A DNA stretch of 50,411 nt from Phycisphaerales bacterium (GTDB lineage Bacteria > Planctomycetota > Phycisphaerae > UBA1845). Every line of letters begins with the position of its first letter. Position 1 is the first letter of the stretch. Both the position numbers and the translations under genes were made by a program. The notes below the pieces were generated by a model. It had not been told where the DNA came from, ran no database searches, and saw only the letters and a list, made by a program, of their open reading frames with translations. Shown here piece by piece: positions 17,295 through 25,860 of this stretch. Location of the stretch: NCBI GenBank assembly GCA_020350565.1, contig CP070718.1, forward strand, positions 2,683,061 through 2,733,471, written 5' to 3'.

Positions 17295-18695
17295 ATGGAG
17301 ACGACCATCATGCTGAAGAAAGCAGCCATTGTCTGGGTGATGATGCTCCTTTTCCTGTTACCGACGTACGCTGCGGTCGGTGCTGAAGAGGAACCGAAAT
17401 CGGAAGAGGTCAAGCAGGACGCCGAGAAGAAGACGGAAGAGCCCCAAGCGGAAGAAGAAACGCCGGAGGCGAAAGAGCTCAAACGAATGAAGGAGGAGCT
17501 CGAGCGGCTCAGCACCGAGTATCAGCTCTTGACGCAGCGTCAGAAGAATGCGTTGCTGCAGGATGAGCTGGAGAAACAACGGATCGAGGCGGAAGCATCC
17601 CTGCGCAAGACCAAGGAGCAGGAGACGCTCGCCGAGCTGCGTGCGGAACTCGCTCGACTCCAGGCCGAGAGCGAGCTCAAGCAGGCGCAGCAACAGCGGG
17701 AACTGAATGAGGTCAAGGCGGTGGTCGAGCGCCGGAGCTCGGAGCGTCAACTTCGCGAGCTCGACGTGGCCGATCAGTTGGCCGAGCTCCAGGCGAAGGT
17801 GCAGCGCCAGGCTGCGGACAACGCCCTTCTGGCCGAAGAGGTGAAGCGGGCTCAGGCGCAGGAGGAAAGCGTGAAGCGTGTGTTCTCCACGCAGGTCGCG
17901 GAGCTGAAGGGAAGGCTGGAGCTTCGGGAGGCTCGCGATGAGTTGAACGACCGGGTCGTCGAGGATATTGACTATGTCAGGGACCCGTTCGTTGACGGCA
18001 CGCTTTACGTCACCGACCGACGAATCTCACTGAACGGCCCGATCGTCTACGGCACGGCGGAGTACGTGACCGAGCGCCTCCATTACTTCAACAATCAGTC
18101 CAGGGAGCTGCCGATCTTCATCGTCATCGACTCCTCACCCGGTGGATCGGTGATGCAAGGTTACCGCATCGTCAAGGCGATCGAATCAAGCCCCGCCCCC
18201 GTGTACGTGGTCGTGAAATCATTCGCCGCCAGTATGGCTGCGGTCATCACGACGCTGGCAGACCACTCGTACGCCTATCCCAACGCTATCGTGCTGCATC
18301 ACCAGATGTCGAGCGGCATGTACGGGAACCTCACGCAACAGCGCGAGCAGTTGGAGAATGCGATGGAGTGGGCTCGACGGCTGAGCGAACCGGTGGCCGA
18401 GAAAATGGGGGTCACCGTTGAGCGTCTTGTTGAGCTGATGTACGAGAACAACTCCGATGGTGACTGGGAGGAGTTTGCCGATAAGGCGAAGGAGCTCAAG
18501 TGGGTCAACGATGTCGTGAACAATATTCGCGAGGTGGGCATTCGGAAACGGCCCACGGCAGAGCGCCGAAGTCACCCGCTGTTTTTCTTTGGCGAGGAAG
18601 AGGTGGATGAGAACGGTAAGCGTTTCGTGCGTCTGCCTCGTCTTCAGCCATTCGATCACTATTTCATCTACAATCCGGACGGCTATTACCGGTAA
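17295..18695 (+). CDS. Exported ClpP-fold (S14-like) serine peptidase with a ~200 aa N-terminal coiled-coil region
   Basis: Signal peptide MLKKAAIVWVMMLLFLLPTYAAVGA and an E/K/Q/L-rich heptad region. ClpP-like IDSSPGGSVMQGYRIV, FAASMAAVI (Ser), VLHHQMSSG (His) and NSDGDWEEFADKAKELKWVNDV (Asp). ATG 17310, with GGAGAC upstream, is the likelier start. Confidence 0.8.
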   Translation: METTIMLKKAAIVWVMMLLFLLPTYAAVGAEEEPKSEEVKQDAEKKTEEPQAEEETPEAKELKRMKEELERLSTEYQLLTQRQKNALLQDELEKQRIEAEASLRKTKEQETLAELRAELARLQAESELKQAQQQRELNEVKAVVERRSSERQLRELDVADQLAELQAKVQRQAADNALLAEEVKRAQAQEESVKRVFSTQVAELKGRLELREARDELNDRVVEDIDYVRDPFVDGTLYVTDRRISLNGPIVYGTAEYVTERLHYFNNQSRELPIFIVIDSSPGGSVMQGYRIVKAIESSPAPVYVVVKSFAASMAAVITTLADHSYAYPNAIVLHHQMSSGMYGNLTQQREQLENAMEWARRLSEPVAEKMGVTVERLVELMYENNSDGDWEEFADKAKELKWVNDVVNNIREVGIRKRPTAERRSHPLFFFGEEEVDENGKRFVRLPRLQPFDHYFIYNPDGYYR

Positions 18696-19358
18696 GGGCG
18701 GACCTGCCCGGCGACCGGGGGGCAATGCTGACGGTTCGGCACGGCGTGGGCGTGGGCCGGGTTAAGGGCGAACACGGCGGCGCTCGTCGCGGCGTGCCGG
18801 GACGAGCTTGGGCACGGTGCCTGACCACTTGGTGAGGAATCGGGCGTTGATCGCCTGGACCTGTTGCCCGGTCGCCATGGAACGCGGTGTCTTGCGAGGT
18901 GTGCTTGCCAAGCGCCGCTGGGCGTCCATTTCATTTCTGCGAGGGAGGGACCGGCCCGATCCGGGATGCGGTCGGTGATCGCCGTTGGCTTCGCCGGTCT
19001 TCCGTTCGGAGGGAAAGAATTTCGTACGGGCACATCCGATAACGTCCGCTAGTCATCCGCGCCCTAACGCTGCTAGCAGACCGCCTTGTCGCGCGGCGAT
19101 CCGGGGTTTTGGTTTCGGCCGCTCCCGGTCGCTCTTCTTCCGGTGAGACATGCCGCCTCTGTCAGTACTGAGGCTGCCCATCGGCTTCATGGGCTTTCTG
19201 CATAACCTTTGCACCTCGCGGAGATTGCGCTCTCCCGAAAGGGTCGCGCAAAGCCCGTCTGCCCAAACCGGCGTCAGAAAGATTCCGCGCAGAAGCGGTC
19301 AAGACATTCGGCAAAATCTGCCGACATCTCCGTGGACCACGTCAGGACGACGTGAGGG

Positions 19359-21809
19359 ATGGAGTCCCGCTGTTTGGGGCAGCTCAGGATGGGCAACATG
19401 AGTTCCTGGGGGGAAATTCGGGAGCGCGTCACGGGCAAGTGGCAATTGCCGCTGCTTGTCTTCTCGGTCATTCTTCTGGTCGTTTCCTTCCTCTCTATCC
19501 GTCCGACCCCGAGTTCTTTTTCAACCGAGAAGGTCCTCGAGCATCTCGACGTCTATCTCGCGGGCGGGTTTTATGAGCGGGCCATTGAGTTCGCCGATGC
19601 GGCACTTGCCGCCGAGGACAAGCCGCCGAGCGAGTTGGCTCCCGTTCACCTGCGGTTGGCCAGAGCGGAGTTCGCGCGAGCGATCGAGACTCGAAACAGA
19701 ACGTCCGACGCGGGCGACGTGGTTGCCGGTCACTACGATCAGGCGAGCAAGTTCGGACTCGAGCTCGAGCCCAGAGACTATGAACGCCTCGGCGCTGCGC
19801 AGGAGTGGATGCATCGATACAAAGACGCTGTGAACTCTTATGAAAAGGCTGTAGCCCGTGGTGTAGAGGATGCTGCGGAGCTCCAAAAACGCATCCTGGA
19901 GCTTCGTCGCGATCGGTTGCACGTCGCTCCGGAGCCGTATGGTCGGCTGCTTGGTCAATTCATGGCGGCGATCGATGTTGACCGGCTTGATCTTCGGCTA
20001 TGGGCCGTCGAGGAGAAGATCAACTGTTTCCGCGCGATTGGTTCGATTGAACAGGCTCAGGCGCTGCTGGCCGGCGAGAAGGGACGATTTGAAAGCTCCA
20101 CGCTGTGGAATCGCTTTGCATTCCTCGAAGCGCTGGTGATGTACCTCTCGGATGACGTGGAGGAAGCCGAGCGTTGCCTTCGCACCATTCGCAATCGCCT
20201 GACGCCGGCCAACGACACGTATGCAGCGAGCGGCTGGCTTCTGGGCAAGGTGGTACTTGGCGTCGAAGGTCCCGAACGCCCTCTGGAGGCGATTTCCTTT
20301 TTCGAGGACGTCATCGGCGAGCACCCCGCGAGTCCTTACGCATTGGCCAGCCGTATTGGAAGAGCGGAAGCTCTCGCGAGCCTTCGTCGTCATGATGAGG
20401 CGTTGGCGGGCTATCGCGAAGCGCTGAAGGAGCTGGCCGAGACCGATTTCAGGCCGCGAGAGGGAACGGTCAACCGGCTGATCAGTCGTGACGGTATCCG
20501 CGCTTCACTCAGCGTTCTTGCAGAAATGCAGCGGCTTGAAGGGCAATACCTCGCCGGTGCGGATTATGCGCGTCTGGCCAGCACGCTGGTGCATCGGTCC
20601 AAGGTGGACGAGTCCACGCGTATCCTGGTTCAGTTGGCTCGGCTGCTTAGCTTGTCCGCCGATGAGCTGTTGAAACGAGCCGACGACCTCGCTGAGAGTG
20701 AGGAAGCGGAGCGTGAGTTGCTGGTGGGCGGAGCGCGTCGGCAGTCGGCGGAGGCCGCGGCCGTCTACCTGGAAGTTGCTCGGATCAACACTCTTAACGA
20801 ACAGCTCGTCTCTGAAGCCTCATGGCGAGCCGCCGAGTTATATGAACAGGCGGGAGATGACGATCGCGCTGCCGGGGTCTACGAGCGGTTCGCGCGTGAG
20901 AGGAAGGGCGACCCGCTGGTTCCTCGCGCACTGCTTCGTTTGGGGTGGATTCGTCAAAGGCAGGGCGACTATCCATCCGCGATCGAGGCGCTGAAGGCGT
21001 GTTCGACTCGCTTCGGGAAGATCATCGACGGGGCGAAGGCGCTGATCCCGTTGGCGGAGTGCTATTTGGCGCTGGGTGCCGAGGGGTATGACCTCGCGGA
21101 GAAGACCCTTCATCTGGTCCTCGATGACCCGGAGGTATTCACACCGCGAGCGCCGGAGTTCGGCGAGGCGTTGATGCTGCTGGGCGATCTGCATAATCGC
21201 AAGGGGCGATACGAGGAGGCGATTTCAGTCTTCGAAGAATGGCTCGATCGATACGGCGCTGATCATCACCATGGTGCCGACAAAGCGATCGCAGTGCACT
21301 ACCTGTTGGCCGATTCCTATCGTCAAAGCGGGCTGACACTGCTGCGTGAGCTGGGCGAAACGTCGTTCTCCGGGCAGCGGGAGCAGATGCAGGCCGACGC
21401 CATGTCCCGTCTCAAGCGTGCCCGTGAGCTGTATCGGACCGTCGTGTCTTCGTTCCAGGCTGGGCGGGAGGCGGTGCAGGATTCGATCGGTAGCCTGTAT
21501 CTGAAGTACTCCCAGTTGTATGAGGCCGACTGTTTCTTCGAGATGCGGGAATATGAGCAAGCGCTGAAGCTGTACGAGGAGGTGGCCGGCGTCTATCAGG
21601 ACTCGCCGACGGCGCTGGCCGCGTATGTGCAGATCATCAACTGCCACGTGTTTTTGGGGGAGCCGGCGGAAGCGCGGGCGGCACTGGCCCGCGCGGAGAT
21701 TCTCACCGATCGCATTGCGGACGACGCATTTGGCCGCGCGCTATCCCCGGAAACGCGAGAAGACTGGAAACGGTACTTTAACTGGCTTGCAGATGCCGAA
21801 CTGTTTTGA
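19359..21809 (+). CDS. Membrane-anchored tetratricopeptide-repeat protein
   Basis: One N-terminal helix (LPLLVFSVILLVVSFLSI) followed by about 750 aa of TPR-like A/L/Y/E repeats. The start could be ATG 19389 or 19398. Confidence 0.75.
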   Translation: MESRCLGQLRMGNMSSWGEIRERVTGKWQLPLLVFSVILLVVSFLSIRPTPSSFSTEKVLEHLDVYLAGGFYERAIEFADAALAAEDKPPSELAPVHLRLARAEFARAIETRNRTSDAGDVVAGHYDQASKFGLELEPRDYERLGAAQEWMHRYKDAVNSYEKAVARGVEDAAELQKRILELRRDRLHVAPEPYGRLLGQFMAAIDVDRLDLRLWAVEEKINCFRAIGSIEQAQALLAGEKGRFESSTLWNRFAFLEALVMYLSDDVEEAERCLRTIRNRLTPANDTYAASGWLLGKVVLGVEGPERPLEAISFFEDVIGEHPASPYALASRIGRAEALASLRRHDEALAGYREALKELAETDFRPREGTVNRLISRDGIRASLSVLAEMQRLEGQYLAGADYARLASTLVHRSKVDESTRILVQLARLLSLSADELLKRADDLAESEEAERELLVGGARRQSAEAAAVYLEVARINTLNEQLVSEASWRAAELYEQAGDDDRAAGVYERFARERKGDPLVPRALLRLGWIRQRQGDYPSAIEALKACSTRFGKIIDGAKALIPLAECYLALGAEGYDLAEKTLHLVLDDPEVFTPRAPEFGEALMLLGDLHNRKGRYEEAISVFEEWLDRYGADHHHGADKAIAVHYLLADSYRQSGLTLLRELGETSFSGQREQMQADAMSRLKRARELYRTVVSSFQAGREAVQDSIGSLYLKYSQLYEADCFFEMREYEQALKLYEEVAGVYQDSPTALAAYVQIINCHVFLGEPAEARAALARAEILTDRIADDAFGRALSPETREDWKRYFNWLADAELF

Positions 21810-21831
21810 CTGCCAAGCGATGAGGATGCCG

Positions 21832-22314
21832 ATGGCCGACAATGAGCAACCATTCCCAAGCGACCACGACGCGAATGAGCATGTGCTCTCGCTATTACGG
21901 ACGCAGGCGGCCCTTTATGAGAAGCTCGATGTCTGTTCCGCCAAGCAGCGGTCGCTCATCGGGCTTGACGATTCCAAGCCGCTTCTTGATCTGCTTACCG
22001 AGAGAAAAGAGACGACGGAGGCGCTCAGCAGGGTGGCTGATGCGCTGGGGCCGGCCCGCGAACGATGGGAAGCGGTCCGTGCTGCGTTCACGCCGGAACA
22101 GAAGCACGAAACGGAGCGTTTATTGGGGAAAGTGAAGGATTGTCTCAAGCGTTTGACGGAGCGGGACGAAGTTGACGCCCGCATGCTGGCGGCGAAGAAG
22201 CAGCTTACGGCCCGGGCGCTCGGAGCGACGCACAGCAGCAGTCAGGCGATATCGGCTTACCGCGATTCGTCCGGTCATCCGGAGCGATTGCACACGTTGC
22301 AGGAGGAGTCATGA
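21832..22314 (+). CDS. FlgN-like flagellar export chaperone family protein
   Basis: 160 aa, helical, with an LLRTQAALYEKL...QRSLI...LLDLLTERKE pattern and size typical of FlgN. GAGGA lies 5 nt before ATG 21832. The stop overlaps the kinase start (ATGA). Confidence 0.5.
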   Translation: MADNEQPFPSDHDANEHVLSLLRTQAALYEKLDVCSAKQRSLIGLDDSKPLLDLLTERKETTEALSRVADALGPARERWEAVRAAFTPEQKHETERLLGKVKDCLKRLTERDEVDARMLAAKKQLTARALGATHSSSQAISAYRDSSGHPERLHTLQEES

Positions 22315-23195
22315 CAACGGTCGCGAGCCGAATACCTGCGGAAGATCTGCAGGATCTGAGCAGGATCATCGAGGCCTACAGCGAGGTGACGGAACGTCTG
22401 AAACACTCGCATGAGTTGCTGAGTGCGGAGGTGTGCCGCTTGCGGCAGCAGCTTGCCGAGAAGAACAAGGAGTTGGCACGGCGTGAGCGGCTGGCGGCGT
22501 TAGGTGAGATGGCGGCCGGGGTCGCCCATGAGATTCGCAACCCGCTGGCGGCCATGGAGCTTTACGTTTCGCTCCTCGAGCGCGATCTGCAGGACGAACC
22601 CAGCAAGCTCGCAGTCGCGCATCGTGTGGCAACGGGCATTCGGAATCTGGAATGCATCGTGAGGGACACGCTCTCGTTTGCGCACAGCGCGGAGCCTGAG
22701 TTTCGAGCCGTTCCGGCGATGCAGATCATTGAGCGTGTGGTCACGCAGGCCATGCCGCAAGCCGACGCCTTGTCCGCGGCGATCGAGGTGGATGACCGAT
22801 TTCATGAAGTGATGTTCTGGTGCGATGCGGCGCAGATCGAGCGTGCGCTGATGAATCTGGTCTACAACGCACTGGACGCCTGCGGAGGGGAGGGTCACAT
22901 CCGCCTGGTGGACGGTGGGCGGAGTGAAGACGGTCGCTTTGCGCAACTCGTGATTGAGGACGATGGTGGGGGGATTCCGGAGGAGCTGCTGGATCGTATC
23001 TTCAATCCGTTCTTTACGACGAAGCACAGCGGTACCGGGCTGGGACTCGCAATTGTGCATCGGATTCTGGAGGCCCACGGCGGTTGGGTCCGAGCGGGCA
23101 ACCACGAGGGAGGGGGCGCGGCGTTCGCCATGGGTGTGCCCGTTGCCACGGGTGAAGTCATTCATCGCCCGGCAGACAAGGGAGGTGCGGATTAA
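22311..23195 (+). CDS. Cytoplasmic histidine kinase without a sensor or TM domain (FlgS/FleS-like)
   Basis: Coiled coil, then H-box AAGVAHEIRNPL, N-box LVYNALDAC, G1 IEDDGGGI and G2 GTGLGLAIV. Confidence 0.9.
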   Translation: MTTVASRIPAEDLQDLSRIIEAYSEVTERLKHSHELLSAEVCRLRQQLAEKNKELARRERLAALGEMAAGVAHEIRNPLAAMELYVSLLERDLQDEPSKLAVAHRVATGIRNLECIVRDTLSFAHSAEPEFRAVPAMQIIERVVTQAMPQADALSAAIEVDDRFHEVMFWCDAAQIERALMNLVYNALDACGGEGHIRLVDGGRSEDGRFAQLVIEDDGGGIPEELLDRIFNPFFTTKHSGTGLGLAIVHRILEAHGGWVRAGNHEGGGAAFAMGVPVATGEVIHRPADKGGAD

Positions 23196-24599
23196 ATGGC
23201 ACGGATCTGTGTTGTCGACGACAAAGAGATGATGCGCGATTCGCTGGCAAGCACGCTGGTGCGCGAGGATCACACGGTCGAGACCTTTGGTGATCCCTGT
23301 GAGGCGGTGGCGGATATCAAAGGCGGCCGGTTCGACGTCGTGATCAGTGACTTGAAGATGCCGAAGATGGACGGGCTGGCGCTGATTCGCGAGCTACGCA
23401 CCGCGGGCTGCGACACACCGGTGGTCATGATGACGGCGTTCGCGACGGTCTCGACGGCCGTTGAGGCCATGAAGCTCGGGGCTTTCGACTACATCCAGAA
23501 GCCCTTCGAAGCGCAGCAGATGTCGGTGCTGATTGAGCGGGCCATCGAGCACGCCCGGTTGCGAAAGGAGAACGAGGCCCTGCGGGCTTCGATCAGTGAT
23601 CTGAGCAGACTTCGTGAGCTGGTGGGTTCCGGCGTGGCAATGAGCGAACTTCGCGAGCAACTGGACCGCGTGGCGGCCAGCCACGCGACGGTGCTGGTGA
23701 CGGGTGAGTCGGGGACCGGGAAGGAACTCGCGGCCTCGTATATCCACCAGGCTTCTCCTCGCGCGGATCGGCCGATGCTTTGCCTGAATTGTGCAGCACT
23801 TTCCGCGAACCTCCTGGAAAGTGAGCTCTTCGGGCATGAGCGCGGTGCGTTCACCGGTGCGGATCGGACACGCAAAGGTCGCTTCGAGCTGGCGGATGGC
23901 GGCACGCTTCTTCTGGACGAGATCTCGGAGATGGCGCTGCCACTCCAGGCGAAGCTTCTGCGGGTGTTGCAGGAGGGTGAGTTTGACCGGGTGGGCAGCA
24001 GCACGGCGCGCCGCGCGGATGTTCGAGTGATCGCAACGACGAACCGCAACCTTCAGGAGTGGGTGACGAAAAAGCGGTTTCGTGAGGACCTGTTCTACCG
24101 CTTGAACGTACTTCCCGTACGGATGCCGCCTCTCCGTGAGCATGCAGAGGACATCGGCGAGCTGGTGGAGTACTTTTTGAAAGAGGCGGCGAAGGCGGAC
24201 GGCTCGCATCCTCTCAGAGTCAGCTTCAGCACGGTGAAACTGTTAAAGGAGTACCCGTGGCCTGGGAATGTCCGGGAGCTGGAGAACCTCTGTCGTCGTG
24301 CGTCGACGTTGTGCGGCGGCAGCGTGATGACGCCGGAACTCATCGAGCCGTGGTTGACGGCGACCACGGTCTCGACGGAGTCCCTCGGGCCTCTGCGAGA
24401 GGGGCGATTGTTAGAGGACATGGAGCGGCACCTGATCCAGCGGACGTTGGCGAAATACGACGGTCATCGAGCCAAGTCCGCCAAGGCGCTTGGGATGGGT
24501 GTTCGCACGCTGGGCATGAAGCTGAAGCAGTGGCGCGAGGAGGCGGCAGCTCAGCAGGCCCAGGTGGTGGAGGCGGAGCAGGCCGTGGCCGTATGCTGA
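23196..24599 (+). CDS. Sigma54-dependent response regulator (NtrC family; FlgR/FleR-like)
   Basis: REC domain (VVISDLKMPKMDG), AAA+ domain with GESGTGKE and GAFTGA, and a C-terminal Fis-type HTH (AKSAKALGMGVRTLGMKLK). Confidence 0.95.
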   Translation: MARICVVDDKEMMRDSLASTLVREDHTVETFGDPCEAVADIKGGRFDVVISDLKMPKMDGLALIRELRTAGCDTPVVMMTAFATVSTAVEAMKLGAFDYIQKPFEAQQMSVLIERAIEHARLRKENEALRASISDLSRLRELVGSGVAMSELREQLDRVAASHATVLVTGESGTGKELAASYIHQASPRADRPMLCLNCAALSANLLESELFGHERGAFTGADRTRKGRFELADGGTLLLDEISEMALPLQAKLLRVLQEGEFDRVGSSTARRADVRVIATTNRNLQEWVTKKRFREDLFYRLNVLPVRMPPLREHAEDIGELVEYFLKEAAKADGSHPLRVSFSTVKLLKEYPWPGNVRELENLCRRASTLCGGSVMTPELIEPWLTATTVSTESLGPLREGRLLEDMERHLIQRTLAKYDGHRAKSAKALGMGVRTLGMKLKQWREEAAAQQAQVVEAEQAVAVC

Positions 24600-24600
24600 G

Positions 24601-24720
24601 CCACCATGCACATTCCGGCGTGACTGATCCGAGCCCCAAGCGCCGACGCGGAGGGTAACCACCGGTCGCTTGCGCCTCCGGCTCGGAAAAGCGGCGGGTA
24701 GTCGCACGTGGTCGTTTGGT
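24601..24720 (+). repeat. Copy B of the structured intergenic repeat family
   Basis: CCGAGCC (24629-35) pairs with GGCTCGG (24680-86). AAGCGCCG (24638-45) pairs with CGGTCGCTT (24663-71). A second hairpin GCGGC-N5-GTCGC follows, then GGTCGTTT. Confidence 0.8.
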
Positions 24721-24786
24721 ACGTTTCGGCTTACGCCGCACAAGTTCGCGGAGGTTCGCGTCCCGTTCGTGGCGGGATGGGAGGGA

Positions 24787-24816
24787 GGCAAAAACTGCCG
24801 ATGGGCAAGAATTGCC
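24787..24816. promoter_or_regulatory. Two tandem GGCA-N5-TGCC palindromes (candidate enhancer/UAS)
   Basis: GGCAAAAACTGCC (24787-24799) and GGCAAGAATTGCC (24804-24816), with centres 17 bp apart, about 60-85 bp upstream of the -24/-12 element. Confidence 0.35.
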
Positions 24817-24872
24817 GGTGCTGATGCCGGGCCAGGATGACCACGCGACCTGGGAGCCGGGTTTCGGGCCGG

Positions 24873-24888
24873 TGGCACAGGGTGTGCA
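24873..24888 (+). promoter_or_regulatory. Candidate sigma54 (-24/-12) promoter for the flgB operon
   Basis: TGGCAC-AGGGT-GTGCA versus the consensus TGGCAC-N5-TTGCA, with correct spacing. It lies 72 nt upstream of the flgB ATG and downstream of a sigma54 activator gene. Confidence 0.55.
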
Positions 24889-24959
24889 ACAAGGGCCGGA
24901 TTGAGGCAGGGCGCGTGCGCCTAGATGCCGAGCAGGATCCTGCTGGCGAGATAGAGGGC

Positions 24960-25394
24960 ATGTTTATCTCGAGTGTGACAGACCGCGGTCCGGTGCCGGC
25001 GTTGGTGAAGACGCTGGCCTTTAACGAGGCAAGACTGCGGGTCATCTCGGAGAACATCGCCAACTACGACACGCCGGGCTACAAGGCGAAGCGACTGGAT
25101 GCAAACGCCTTTCAGAGGGCGCTAAGAAGGGCGTTGGTGGAACGGGGCGACGATCCTCGGAAGCCTCTGGTGATTCCGGAGACCGACCAGTTGTCGACGG
25201 GTCCGGACGGCATGCTGAGGGCGAGGCCTGCAGAGCAACCGGTGGAAAACGTACTGTTCCACGACGGGACGAACGTGTCGATCGAACGGCAGATGGCGGA
25301 CCTGGCTGAGACGAACATGGTCCACGAACAGGCGACCTCGTTGCTGCAAAGTAAGTACAACGGGCTGCGGAAAGCCATTCGCGGAAGGTTGTAG
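24960..25394 (+). CDS. flgB: Flagellar basal-body rod protein FlgB
   Basis: LAFNEARLRVISENIANYDTPGYKAKRLD ... LLQSKYNGLRKAIRG. ATG 24960 was chosen because the -24/-12 element lies inside the longer track ORF. Confidence 0.88.
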   Translation: MFISSVTDRGPVPALVKTLAFNEARLRVISENIANYDTPGYKAKRLDANAFQRALRRALVERGDDPRKPLVIPETDQLSTGPDGMLRARPAEQPVENVLFHDGTNVSIERQMADLAETNMVHEQATSLLQSKYNGLRKAIRGRL

Positions 25395-25405
25395 CGTGAA
25401 GTTGC

Positions 25406-25834
25406 GTGGGGAGCTCAATCGTGTACGGCGCGCTTGACATCAGTGCATCGGCCCTAACGGCTCAGCGTGTGCGGCTGGATCTGATCGCCGGCAATATCGC
25501 CAACAAGGAGGCGACGACGCGCGACGCGTTCGGCAACAATGTTCCTTATCGCCGGCGTGTTGCCCTGATTGAGCCCGCACGGGCGGATGGAGGGCCCGGT
25601 ATCCGTGTCGCCAAGATCATTCAAGATCCATCGCCGTTTCCGCTTCGCTGGGCGCCCAATCATCCTGACGCGATTAAGGAAGGAGAGGACGAGGGTTACC
25701 TCCGTGTTTCCAATGTGAACTATCACACGGAAATGGTAGATGCGATTACGGCCGTTCGAGCGTACGAGGCCAATGTGACCGTCATGGAGGCGGCCAAATC
25801 CATGGCCGCCACAACACTACGTCTGATTGCATGA
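25406..25834 (+). CDS. flgC: Flagellar basal-body rod protein FlgC
   Basis: GALDISASALTAQRVRLDLIAGNIANKEATT ... YEANVTVMEAAKSMAATTLRL. GTG 25421 (GGGGAG upstream) is an alternative start. Confidence 0.9.
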   Translation: MGSSIVYGALDISASALTAQRVRLDLIAGNIANKEATTRDAFGNNVPYRRRVALIEPARADGGPGIRVAKIIQDPSPFPLRWAPNHPDAIKEGEDEGYLRVSNVNYHTEMVDAITAVRAYEANVTVMEAAKSMAATTLRLIA

Positions 25835-25860
25835 AGGGTCGCTGACTCGGGAACAAGAAC

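Noticed and set aside
19198-19213. CTGCAT-N5-TTGCA upstream of the TPR gene
   Set aside because: It has a good -12 element and spacing but lacks the essential -24 GG dinucleotide.
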